Shown here: positions 24,126 through 34,313 of the stretch, piece by piece | How the letters are laid out: each line of letters starts with the position of its first letter | Position numbering within the stretch: the first letter of the stretch is position 1 | From: an uncultured Chloroflexia bacterium | GTDB taxonomy: Bacteria; Chloroflexota; Anaerolineae; CG2-30-64-16 | DNA length: 64,000 bases | Assembly (NCBI GenBank): GCA_963810095.1 | Contig: CAWEMM010000012.1 | Coordinates: 640,001 to 704,000, forward strand | Direction: 5' to 3' | Translations under genes and position numbers: made by a program | Notes under the pieces: generated by a model | What the model saw: only the letters and a program-made list of their open reading frames with translations | Database searches by the model: none | Told to the model about the DNA's origin: nothing

Positions 24126-25123
24126 CTACGGCAGTGGATGCCATAGCTGGGCGAGCAGCACCGCGGCGGCGACCAGCAGCGCGGCCAGTGCGGCGAACGC
24201 GACGCTGATCTCGATCGTCTCCTCCCGGCTGATCAAGGCGGTGGGCAAGCCGGCAAAGACCTTCTGGAGCTCGTCCGCACTGCTGGCGGTGTAGTACTGG
24301 CCGCCGGTCAGCGAGGCGATCGCCTTCAGCGACGCTTCGTCGATGCCCCAGCCGCGCCCCCCGGGCCCCGACCGCCAGGCCCCCGCCCCAACCCGCCGCG
24401 GCCGAACGAGCCGCCCGGGGTGCCGAAGCCGATAGTATAAACGCGCACTTTCTTGTCGAGGGCCAGCTGCGCCGCCTTCAGCGGGTTCATTCCCGTCGTC
24501 GCCACGCCGTCGGTCAGCAAAACGATGATGTCCGGCTGGTATTCCTCGCCCGAGACGGCGCCGGTTTGCAGCCCGGTGCTCTGGCTGAAGTCGTCGATGG
24601 CGTTCAGCGCGGAAACGATGCCGTCGCCGATCGCCGTCCCCCGACCGGTCGTTAGGCTGCGGATCGCGTTCTTGAGCGCGGCCGGATCCGTGCTGGGCGC
24701 CTGCACGAGCTGAGCGAAGCTGGCGAAGGCCACGATGCCGACCTGGTTCGTGCTCTTTTGCTTCTGGATGAAGCCCAGCGCGGCTTGCTGCGCTGCGGCC
24801 AGCCTGGAGGGTGCGATGTCGGTTTGCCGCATGCTGCCCGAAACGTCGAGGGTCAGCATGATCGTCGCCCGGCCCGCCGGCACACGCGTCACCGTGACAG
24901 GGCGCGCCAAGGCGAGGGTCAGGCTGGCGATTGCCAGGAACAGCAGCGCCACGGGTGCGTAGCGCCGGAGCCGCGACTGTGCGGGCAGGGCCGCGCGGAC
25001 GAGAGACAGGCTCGAATAGCGCACGGCAAAACGCCTGCGCCGCCGCTGGCGAAGCGCAAACGCCAGGATCAGCAGCGGGATCAAGGCCAGTGCGGCAAAG
25101 GCCCACGGCCACAGGAACTTCAT
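24126..25123 (-). CDS. VWA domain membrane protein (BatA-like), frameshift near 24350
   Basis: ALARP, LDVSGSM MIDAS, GTAIGDG, LLTDG. Confidence 0.88.
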
Positions 25124-25157
25124 GCGAGACCTCCATCGTCACCCGTACGCATGCGCA

Positions 25158-26237
25158 TCACACCAACCGGTTGAGCCAGAGCACGGAGAGCAAGCTGCCG
25201 GCGAGCAACATCACGATGCCCGCACCGGCAAGAATCGACGTGATCTCCATCGCCTGGGGCTTGATGACGAGCGCCGGCGTCAGGTTGGCGTAGATCTCCT
25301 TCGGGTCCTGCTCGCCCTGGGCCGCGTAATAGACGCCGCCGGTTTCGGCCGCGATTTGCGTCAACTGGGCCTCGTCCAGCGCCGTGTGCACGCTGTAGCC
25401 GTCGAGTTGGAGCGTGATCCCGGCCGTGGTGCCGAAGCCCAGGGCATCGACGCGCACGTTGTGCGCCAACGCCGCCTGGGTCGCCTCCAGCGGGTCGATG
25501 GACTGGTTGTTCTCGCCGTCCGACAGGAGCACGATGACGGACGGGGGATAGGGGCCCTCGGGCAGGGAGGCCAACAACTCCTGCTGACCGAAGCCGGGTC
25601 CGCCCTGCTGCTCGGTCGGCGGAGTCGCGCCGCCCTGGGGCGCGGGCGGGGCTTCGGTGGCCGAACCCGGTGCCGGCGTCGGATCGGCGGCCAGCCCGGC
25701 GTCGACGGCGATCGCCTTGAGCGCGGTCAGGATGCCGTCGCCCACGGCGGTGCCGCTTGCGGGCTTGAGACGGGCGATCGTCGCGAGCAGTGCGGTGCTG
25801 TCATTCGTGGGCGTCTGCACCGTGAAGCCGCTGCCGCTGAACGACACAATTCCAATCCGGACGGTGGACGGCTGGGTGAGCACGAATTCACGCGCGGCCT
25901 TCTTGGCGGCTTCCAGCCGGGACGGCTCAACGTCCGCGGCGCCCATGCTGGCCGACACGTCGAACACCAGCATGACCGTGCCTTCCACCCGTGGCAGCCG
26001 CACGGTCGCTTGCGGCCGCGCCAGGGCAAACAGGAGAATCGCCAGGCCCACCAGAAAGAACAAGGGCGGCAGGTGCCGGCGGAAGCCCGGTGCGCGCTTG
26101 GCGCCCGCCGGGCCAGCCAGGCCGTAAAATGCGCTCGCCACCCGCATGCGCCGCTTTCGCTGCACCGACAGGTAAAGTGCCACCACCGCGGGGATGAGCA
26201 GCAGGGCGAAGAGCATCGACGGCCAGATAAAAGTCAT
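25158..26237 (-). CDS. VWA domain membrane protein (BatA-like)
   Basis: ALARP, FDVSASM, GTAVGDG, LLSDGENN. Confidence 0.88.
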   Translation of the reverse strand: MTFIWPSMLFALLLIPAVVALYLSVQRKRRMRVASAFYGLAGPAGAKRAPGFRRHLPPLFFLVGLAILLFALARPQATVRLPRVEGTVMLVFDVSASMGAADVEPSRLEAAKKAAREFVLTQPSTVRIGIVSFSGSGFTVQTPTNDSTALLATIARLKPASGTAVGDGILTALKAIAVDAGLAADPTPAPGSATEAPPAPQGGATPPTEQQGGPGFGQQELLASLPEGPYPPSVIVLLSDGENNQSIDPLEATQAALAHNVRVDALGFGTTAGITLQLDGYSVHTALDEAQLTQIAAETGGVYYAAQGEQDPKEIYANLTPALVIKPQAMEITSILAGAGIVMLLAGSLLSVLWLNRLV

Positions 26238-27245
26238 TGCGTCGCCGCCATTATCTCGCCGCCAGGGCAGGGTTAGCCGCCCTCGGGGGCCGGCCGGCTG
26301 CACCCCGGCGGATTTGCTTGCGCGCCGCCGCGTAGCGCATGATGGCCCGCACCAGGTCTTCCTGCGTCGACACCGCCCACGGCTCCACACCGGCGCGGCG
26401 GAAAGCGTCGCTCAGCGCCGCCTCGCGCTCGCGCGGCAAGCTCGGCGAACCGGGCGCGGAAGCGCGGGTCGTGCGTGTCCACGTAGAGCTGTTCGCCGGT
26501 TTCGGCGTCTTCCAGCCACACCGGACCGACGTCGGGCAGCTCCGCCTCGCTGGGGTCCCACAGCCGCACCACCAGCACCTCGTGGTGCTGATTGAGCAGG
26601 CTGAGCGTTCGTTCCCAGCCGGGCGCGCTGATAAAATCAGAGATGACAAAGATGAGCGAGCGCCGCTTGATCGAATACAGGCCGCCTTCGAGCATACACT
26701 TCAGGTCGCTCGGCCCGCTTTTGGGCAGCCGGGGCTGGCCGAGCAGGTCGTTGATGAGCCACAAGACGTGGTTCCGCCCCCCTTTCGCCGGGATGACATG
26801 CTCGGCGCAGTGGGGGTCGCGGCCGCCCCGGTCGCCGCCCCGCCCGCTGTACATGATGGCGCCGACCCTGTTGCCGTGCCGGGTTAGCAGGCGCGCCAAC
26901 GTGCCGACCAGGTCGATCAACACCGCCCGCTTCTCGGCCCCCACGGTTCCGAAATCCATCGAAGGGCTGACATCGAGCAAGAACCAGGCCGTCACCTCCC
27001 GATCCTCCATGTACTGGCGAACGTAGGGCGAGTCCATGCGGGCGGTCACGTTCCAGTCGATGTACCGCACGTCGTCTTCCGGCTGGTACTCGCGCAGGTC
27101 CGCAAAGTCGACCCCGTAGCCGTAGAAGAGGCTGCGGTAGTCGCCCTGCAGCTGCCCATCCAGCCGGCGGATCACCTGCCATTCCAGCCGCCGCAGGATG
27201 CGCTCGGGCGTGCGTGCCTCAGGCGCCGGCCGCGGCGCCTGGGCC

Positions 27246-28259
<1,014 letters not shown>

Positions 28260-28294
28260 GACGATCTCCTTAATCCCTGCTCTGAACTGATTTG

Positions 28295-28391
28295 AAATGG
28301 GACGCTGATGCAACTGATCGAACTGATCCGCACTGTCCTTCGCCTAAAGATCATGGTAATCGGTCGCATCCGTTCAATCAGTGTTCCATTT
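28295..28391. repeat. Family A palindromic repeat, copy 3
   Basis: aaatgggacgctgatgcaactgatcgaactgatc...gttcaatcagtgttccattt. Confidence 0.8.
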
Positions 28392-28401
28392 GAGATCGGT
28401 T

Positions 28402-29268
28402 CTAATATGCCGGCGCACCTGCGCCACCCGCGGCGGTGGTGATGGGCACCGCAAAGCCGATGCCCACGAAAACGTCCTCGTCGGTCGGGTTCAGCAGGGC
28501 CACGACAATCCCGATCACCTGGCCGTAACGGTTGAGCAGCGGCCCGCCCGAGTTGCCCGGGTTAACCGCCGAATCGATCTGAATCAGGTCTTCGATCGGG
28601 CGGACCGCGCCCTTGCCCTGAAAGCTGCGGTGCAGCCCCGAGACCACGCCGGTGGTGAGCGACCCGTACAGGCCGAAGGGATTGCCGAAGGCGAATGCTT
28701 CGTCGCCCACCCGCACGGCGTTCGGGTTACCCATCACGGCAGGAATCACGGTCTCGGGCACCTCGGCAGGCTGGAGGACGGCGATGTCGTTCTCCGGCTG
28801 GGTCAGCACGACCTCCGCTTTCGTCTCGGTCCCGTCCGCAAAGGTAACGCTGATCTCGGTCGCGCCCTCTACCACGTGCAGTGCGGTCAGGATCTGCCCT
28901 TGATCGGAGATCACCACGCCGCTGCCCAGACCGTGCGAATCTGCAGCGCCCCCACCCTTGCCCTTGTCGACCTTGCCGCCGGTTTGGATCAGCACGAGCG
29001 AAGGCTGGATGACGCGATAGACCTGGGCGGAGTAGGCGGGCGGCGGCGTGGCCGAAGCCATTGCCTGCGCGACGACCGTACTCACCTGTTTTGGCGTCAG
29101 GGGCTCGGCCGGCGGGTTGATCGCATTGTAGAGGAGCAGGCCGAGGAGCGCGGCCACCACGCCCAGGGCAAAGGGAAGCAGGGGCTTTGCGCGGCCGCGC
29201 CAACGCCGCCACATCTCCCGCTGCCTCGTGAATCGTGGACTGGTTCCGGTTTCGGCCGGTTGGGTCAT
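28402..29268 (-). CDS. Membrane-anchored S1C (HtrA-like, PDZ-less) serine protease
   Basis: GSGVV, TALHVV, DIAVL, NPGNSGGPL; N-terminal TM helix. Confidence 0.9.
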   Translation of the reverse strand: MTQPAETGTSPRFTRQREMWRRWRGRAKPLLPFALGVVAALLGLLLYNAINPPAEPLTPKQVSTVVAQAMASATPPPAYSAQVYRVIQPSLVLIQTGGKVDKGKGGGAADSHGLGSGVVISDQGQILTALHVVEGATEISVTFADGTETKAEVVLTQPENDIAVLQPAEVPETVIPAVMGNPNAVRVGDEAFAFGNPFGLYGSLTTGVVSGLHRSFQGKGAVRPIEDLIQIDSAVNPGNSGGPLLNRYGQVIGIVVALLNPTDEDVFVGIGFAVPITTAAGGAGAPAY

Positions 29269-29482
29269 CCGCTACTGTCCCTCCGAGAATATAAGCATTG
29301 TGATTATATAAGTAGCATATATAGATGTTATGAAGATTCCGTTTGGCTGTGCGTGAACGTTTGCATTAGAAAGGGAGCTAGGCGGCGAGCGGAAACGAGC
29401 GCTGTCTCTAAAAGTGGAGCGCATTTTTCGCACTTACAGCCTTTTGTATTATGATATTCATATAAATCCGCGGAGTAATCAC

Positions 29483-30757
29483 TTGGGTAAAAGCAAAGTC
29501 GCAATTCTGCGCACGACCCCGCGCACGGTCTTCTCCGACTATCACCGCCTGTTGAACCTGGCCGGGTATCAGGATGTGGTCGCGAAGGACGCCGACACGG
29601 CGCTCAAAGTCAACATCTCGTGGCACTTCTTCTTCCCGGGCAGCTCGACCACGCCCTGGCAACTGGAGGGCGTGATCCGGGCCATGGAGGCCGACGGCTA
29701 TAGCCCCGACCTGATCCATGCGTGTCACAATCGCACGGTCGTGATCGACGCGCACCTGGGCGAGCGCGAGAACAAGCAGCTCGGCCCGGTCGAGGCACAC
29801 GGGCTGCGTAACGTCCACCTGTACGAGGGCGAGGAGTGGATCCCCATCCGGGAGGCGGTGGGCGACCTGGCAGACAAGTTCCTCGTGCTGAACCAGGTCT
29901 ATCCGGACGGGTTCATGATCCCCAAGCGCTTCATCGGGGAGAACATCATCCACCTGCCCACCGTCAAGACGCACATCTTCACCACCACGACCGGCGCGAT
30001 GAAGAATGCGTTCGGCGGGCTGCTCAACGAGCGCCGGCACTGGACCCACCCGGTGATCCACGAAACGCTGGTCGACCTGCTCATGATCCAGAAGCGCATC
30101 CATCGGGGCGTCTTTGCGGTCATGGATGGCACGTTTGCCGGCGACGGCCCGGGGCCTCGCTGCATGGTGCCGTACACAAAAAACGTGATCCTCGCGTCGT
30201 CCGACCAGGTGGCAATCGACGCAATGGCCGCCAAGCTGATGGGCTTCGATCCGATGAAGATCAAGTACATCCGGCTGGCACACGAACAGGGCCTGGGCTG
30301 TGGCGACCCGCGCCAGATCGAGGTGGTGGGTGATCTCGACGCAGCAAGCCAAAACTGGCGCTTCCGCGGCCCGTTCGAGAAGATGACCTTTGCCTCGCGC
30401 ATGCAGCACAAGATCTACTGGGGCCCGCTGAAAAAGCCGGTCGAGTGGTCGCTCAAGACCATCCTGGCGCCCTGGAGCTACCTGGCCTCCGTCTTCTACC
30501 ATGACACGATCTGGTATCCCTTCATCGGCGAGAAGCGCGTCAAGGCTGCGCTCGCCAGCGATTGGGGCCGCCTCTTCCGGAACTGGGAAACGCTGACCCC
30601 CGACGCGCAAGGTTTCCCGTCGGTCGGCCAGGAGACGCTAGAGCTGCAGCGCACGGGGGCGTCCGCATTTCTCCGGTCGTTCGGCGTCCTGGGTCATGCC
30701 GTGAAGGAAGCGCCCGAGTTCGCCGCCAGCCGGCGCAGGGCGGCTGCAGGCAAGTGA
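29483..30757 (+). CDS. DUF362 family protein
   Basis: LPTVKTH..TTTTGAMKNAFG, GDGPGP, DQVAIDA; probable TTG start after GGAG. Confidence 0.8.
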   Translation: MGKSKVAILRTTPRTVFSDYHRLLNLAGYQDVVAKDADTALKVNISWHFFFPGSSTTPWQLEGVIRAMEADGYSPDLIHACHNRTVVIDAHLGERENKQLGPVEAHGLRNVHLYEGEEWIPIREAVGDLADKFLVLNQVYPDGFMIPKRFIGENIIHLPTVKTHIFTTTTGAMKNAFGGLLNERRHWTHPVIHETLVDLLMIQKRIHRGVFAVMDGTFAGDGPGPRCMVPYTKNVILASSDQVAIDAMAAKLMGFDPMKIKYIRLAHEQGLGCGDPRQIEVVGDLDAASQNWRFRGPFEKMTFASRMQHKIYWGPLKKPVEWSLKTILAPWSYLASVFYHDTIWYPFIGEKRVKAALASDWGRLFRNWETLTPDAQGFPSVGQETLELQRTGASAFLRSFGVLGHAVKEAPEFAASRRRAAAGK

Positions 30758-30760
30758 AGC

Positions 30761-30833
30761 AATAGGACGCAGGTTGGATCGATTTAGCCCATCGCCCTGA
30801 TGCGGGGCGGTCAACTCAATCTGCGTCCCAATT
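30761..30833. repeat. Family A palindromic repeat, copy 4 (short, degenerate)
   Basis: aataggacgcaggttg...caatctgcgtcccaatt. Confidence 0.7.
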
Positions 30834-30863
30834 CCTCTCGAACCTCTCTCCTTATTTTCTGGT

Positions 30864-30916
30864 ACTTCAATAATATAAAAAGCTGTATTGACATTATTGA
30901 AGTGGGGTGCTATCTT
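30864..30916 (+). promoter_or_regulatory. Promoter with overlapping inverted-repeat operator upstream of the MFS gene
   Basis: TTGACA (30888)-17 nt-TATCTT; acttcaataat (30864-30874) and attattgaagt (30893-30903) form a perfect inverted repeat. Confidence 0.65.
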
Positions 30917-30943
30917 CGTGTCATCACGGCCAAGGAGACCACG

Positions 30944-32254
30944 ATGACGGCTGAGAACGTGCAACAGGGCCCGCAGTGGGCCCGACGCTTCTTCACTATC
31001 TGGGCAGGGCAGGCATTTTCGCTGTTGGGCAGCCAGCTCGTCCAATTCGCCCTGGTCTGGTGGCTGACCAGCACCACTAAGTCTGCCACGGTCCTGGCGA
31101 CCGCGACGTTGTTCGCCATTCTGCCGCAGGTGTTCATCAGCCCGTTTGCCGGCGCGCTGGTCGACCGCTGGAACCGGCGCCTGGTCATGATCGCAGCCGA
31201 CGGCTTGGTCGCACTCACCACCGTCGGGCTGATCGTCCTCTACGCGACGGGCAACATGCAGGTTTGGCACGTCTACGCCGCCATGCTGCTCCGCGCGACG
31301 TTTGGCGCGTTCCATTTCCCCGCCATGCAGGCTTCCACTTCGCTGCTCGTTCCCAGCGAACAGTTGTCGCGCATCGCCGGGCTCAATCAGGGCCTGCAGG
31401 GCCTTATCAACATCGTCGCGCCGCCGCTTGGCGCCCTCATGTTGAGCTTTGTGCCGCTGCACAACGTGCTGATGGTCGACATCGTCACGGCCGCGCTGGC
31501 AATCCTGCCCTTGCTCTTCATCGCCATCCCGCAGCCCGAAAACCGCACGGTTTCGGAGCATACGAACCTGGTCAAGGCCGTCCTCGTGGACATTCGCGAA
31601 GGCGCACGATACGTGCGGGCGTGGCCGGGCCTGCTCGTGATCATCTTCGTCGCGATGGCGCTGAACTTCATCATGGTGCCGTCCAGCTCGCTCATGCCCC
31701 TGCTGGTCACCCAGCACTTCGGCGGGGGTGCGCTCCAACTCGGCTGGCTGGAAGCCGTGATGGGCGTCGGCGTCGTGGTCGGGGGCATCACCCTGGCAGT
31801 GTGGGGCGGCTTCAAGCGCAAGGTGATCACGTCGATGGTCGGGCTGATCGGGATGGGCTTGGGCAGCGTTCTGATTGGCCTCGCACCGGTCAGCCTCTTT
31901 GTCCTGGCGCTGGGGGGCATGTTCATCATGGGCTTGACCAATCCGCTGGTGAACGGCCCGCTGTTCGCCATCCTGCAGGCGACGGTGGAGCCGGACATGC
32001 AGGGCCGGGTCATGTCGCTGCTGGTCAGCGGCGCGGGCGCCATGATGCCCATCAGCCTCCTGCTGGCCGGTCCGCTCGCCGATATCATCGGCGTGCAGAC
32101 GTGGTACCTGGTCGGTGGGCTAGCTTGCATCCTGATCGCGGTGGGCTGCCTGTTCGTCAAGCCGCTGATGGCCATCGAGCAGAATGGGCAGGGGAAGGCC
32201 CGCGCGCCCCAGGCGCACGCTGCCTTCGCCGGCGAACCGGCGTCGGGCGAATAA
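30944..32254 (+). CDS. MFS efflux transporter (DHA3/MefA-like)
   Basis: IWAGQAFSLLGSQLVQFALVWW, GALVDRWNRR, DMQGRV. Confidence 0.9.
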   Translation: MTAENVQQGPQWARRFFTIWAGQAFSLLGSQLVQFALVWWLTSTTKSATVLATATLFAILPQVFISPFAGALVDRWNRRLVMIAADGLVALTTVGLIVLYATGNMQVWHVYAAMLLRATFGAFHFPAMQASTSLLVPSEQLSRIAGLNQGLQGLINIVAPPLGALMLSFVPLHNVLMVDIVTAALAILPLLFIAIPQPENRTVSEHTNLVKAVLVDIREGARYVRAWPGLLVIIFVAMALNFIMVPSSSLMPLLVTQHFGGGALQLGWLEAVMGVGVVVGGITLAVWGGFKRKVITSMVGLIGMGLGSVLIGLAPVSLFVLALGGMFIMGLTNPLVNGPLFAILQATVEPDMQGRVMSLLVSGAGAMMPISLLLAGPLADIIGVQTWYLVGGLACILIAVGCLFVKPLMAIEQNGQGKARAPQAHAAFAGEPASGE

Positions 32255-32327
32255 GCACTCGGACTCGGACGAAACAAGCTCCTGAGACTGCGTTTTCCGC
32301 CCGAGAGCGAATCTCTAGTACAATAGC

Positions 32328-32354
32328 GGCGGGCCGTAACGGCCCGCCTTTTTT
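32328..32354 (+). terminator. Rho-independent terminator
   Basis: ggcgggccg-taa-cggcccgcc followed by TTTTTT. Confidence 0.75.
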
Positions 32355-32385
32355 GTCTGAAAGACACGCCCGTTGGGAGAGATTC

Positions 32386-33621
32386 ATGTTTACTCGGTTG
32401 CGTTCGCTCGGCTATCCGAGGCAGTTCTGGATCATGGTGTCGGGCATGCTGATCGTCAGCATCGGCGGCTCCATGTGGTGGCCCTTCGTCACCATCCTGC
32501 TGCGCGAGCAGTTGGGCCTGCCACTGACGCAGGTCACGCTGCTGTTTACGCTCAACTCTGCCGCGGGCTTGATCGCCACCTCGTTTGTCGGCCCCGCCGT
32601 CGACCGGTTCGGCCGCCGCACGGCCATGATCGCCGGCCTCGTCATGAGCGGGCTGGCCCTCGTGATGATGGGCCTGGTGCACGGGCTCGCCGGCTGGGCG
32701 CTGGCGCTTACCCTGACGGGCTTGTTCAACCCGATGTACCGGGTGGGCTCCGATGCCATGGTCGCTGACCTGATTCCCGAGAAGGAACGGGCGAACGCCT
32801 ATTCCGTCATGCGGATGAGCAACAACCTCGGCGTTGCCGTCGGTCCTGCAATGGGCGGCGTGGTCATAGCCATTTCCTACAGCCTCGCGTTTTTTGCGGC
32901 GGGCGCAGCCAGCCTGGTCTACGCGCTCATCGTGCTCCTGCTCGTTCGCGAGACACTGCGCAGCGCCGCCCCGTCGCAGGCCGGTGCAGCCGGGCAAAGG
33001 GAGTCGCGCGGCTTCGGGCCCGTGTTCCGTGACCGCCGCTTCGTGGCCTTCTGCCTGCTAATGATCCTCGCCACGATCCCGTCGCCGATCCTGTGGATGC
33101 TCATGCCGGCCTACGCCAAGGCAAACTTCGGTGTGCTGGAACAGCAGGCCGGCTTTATCATGTCGACGAACGCCCTGATGGTCGTGCTGCTCCAGGTCCC
33201 GGTGACCCGCTGGAGCTCGCAGCGGCCGCATCTGCGCGTCCTGGCGCTCGGTGCGCTGATCTACGCGCTGGGGGTGGGCAGCGTGGCGCTGGGCGCCGGG
33301 TTCTGGGCCTTCTGGCTGAGCATGGTCGTGCTCACGTTCGGGGAGTTGCTCATCGCGCCCACGGGCACCGCCTATGCCGCAAATGCAGCCCCCTCGGCCA
33401 TGCGCGGCCGCTACATGGGGCTCTACGGCCTCACCTGGGGCGTGGCATTCGGCATCGGGCCGGTGCTGGGCGGCTGGCTCAACGACAATGTTTCGCCCAT
33501 CGCAACCTGGATCGGCGGCATGTTGATCGGTTTCATTGCCGTGCTCGGGTTCCTTGCCCTCCAGCGGCTGCGGGGTCAGCCGACAAGGCTCGCCGAGAGC
33601 CCCGCCCCGGTAGATGGGTAG
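32386..33621 (+). CDS. MFS transporter (MdtH-like)
   Basis: GPAVDRFGRR, AMVADL, NLGVAVGP, MRGRYMG. Confidence 0.88.
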   Translation: MFTRLRSLGYPRQFWIMVSGMLIVSIGGSMWWPFVTILLREQLGLPLTQVTLLFTLNSAAGLIATSFVGPAVDRFGRRTAMIAGLVMSGLALVMMGLVHGLAGWALALTLTGLFNPMYRVGSDAMVADLIPEKERANAYSVMRMSNNLGVAVGPAMGGVVIAISYSLAFFAAGAASLVYALIVLLLVRETLRSAAPSQAGAAGQRESRGFGPVFRDRRFVAFCLLMILATIPSPILWMLMPAYAKANFGVLEQQAGFIMSTNALMVVLLQVPVTRWSSQRPHLRVLALGALIYALGVGSVALGAGFWAFWLSMVVLTFGELLIAPTGTAYAANAAPSAMRGRYMGLYGLTWGVAFGIGPVLGGWLNDNVSPIATWIGGMLIGFIAVLGFLALQRLRGQPTRLAESPAPVDG

Positions 33622-33673
33622 CCTCGGCCTCGGCGCTCTTCCAAATCCCTCCATAACGCGCTAAACTAGCTCC

Positions 33674-34249
33674 ATGGACCACTCTTTACCCGATATTCCG
33701 ACCGCCGAAGCCTGGCTTGCCGAGCAGGGCGTCGACGGGCAACTGCTGGGGCATGTCCGGCTCGTCGCGCTCATTGCCGAGCACCTGGCGCGGCGTTTGG
33801 CCCGCGCGGGCATGAAAGTCGACCCCATCCTCGCACAGCGCGGGGGCCTGCTCCACGACCTGGCGAAGCTCAGCGCCAAGCCGGTCGCGCGCTCGCATGA
33901 GTTGATGGCTGCGGAGATCCTGCTCGAGCACGGGCAGCCCGAGCTCGCCGAAATCGCCCGACGCCATGCCATGTGGGCGCCGCTCACGGAGGGCCAGCGC
34001 CCCGAAACCTGGGAGCAGAAGGTCGTGTATTACGCCGACCGTATCGCCCAGCACGACCGGCTCGTTGGCATAGATGCCCGAATGCTCGAGATCGCTCAGC
34101 GCCGGCCCGAGCTGCGTGCGCGTATCGACGAGTACCGCTTCGCGGCCCTGCAGCAGGAGGCGGAGATCGCAGCCCGCCTGGGCGTGAGCCTGCCGGAACT
34201 GTGGCGCGAGCTGGAATTGGTGCTGGGGCAGCAGCCTGGCCCGGGCTAG
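33674..34249 (+). CDS. HD domain phosphohydrolase
   Basis: H...GLLHDLAK...H...H...YADR. Confidence 0.85.
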   Translation: MDHSLPDIPTAEAWLAEQGVDGQLLGHVRLVALIAEHLARRLARAGMKVDPILAQRGGLLHDLAKLSAKPVARSHELMAAEILLEHGQPELAEIARRHAMWAPLTEGQRPETWEQKVVYYADRIAQHDRLVGIDARMLEIAQRRPELRARIDEYRFAALQQEAEIAARLGVSLPELWRELELVLGQQPGPG

Positions 34250-34313
34250 GAACGACCGCCGCTTCGTCTTCGTCTTGAAGGCTGACCGTGTCTCTGACCC
34301 CGGAGGTGAGCGC

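Noticed and set aside
31264-33621. 785-aa ORF as a single protein; likewise 40190..42052 and 56482..58086 as annotated, and the long antisense ORFs such as 12192..13889 and 34332..36167
   Set aside because: These are stop-poor shadow frames of GC-rich genes. The real starts have RBSs and family motifs downstream.
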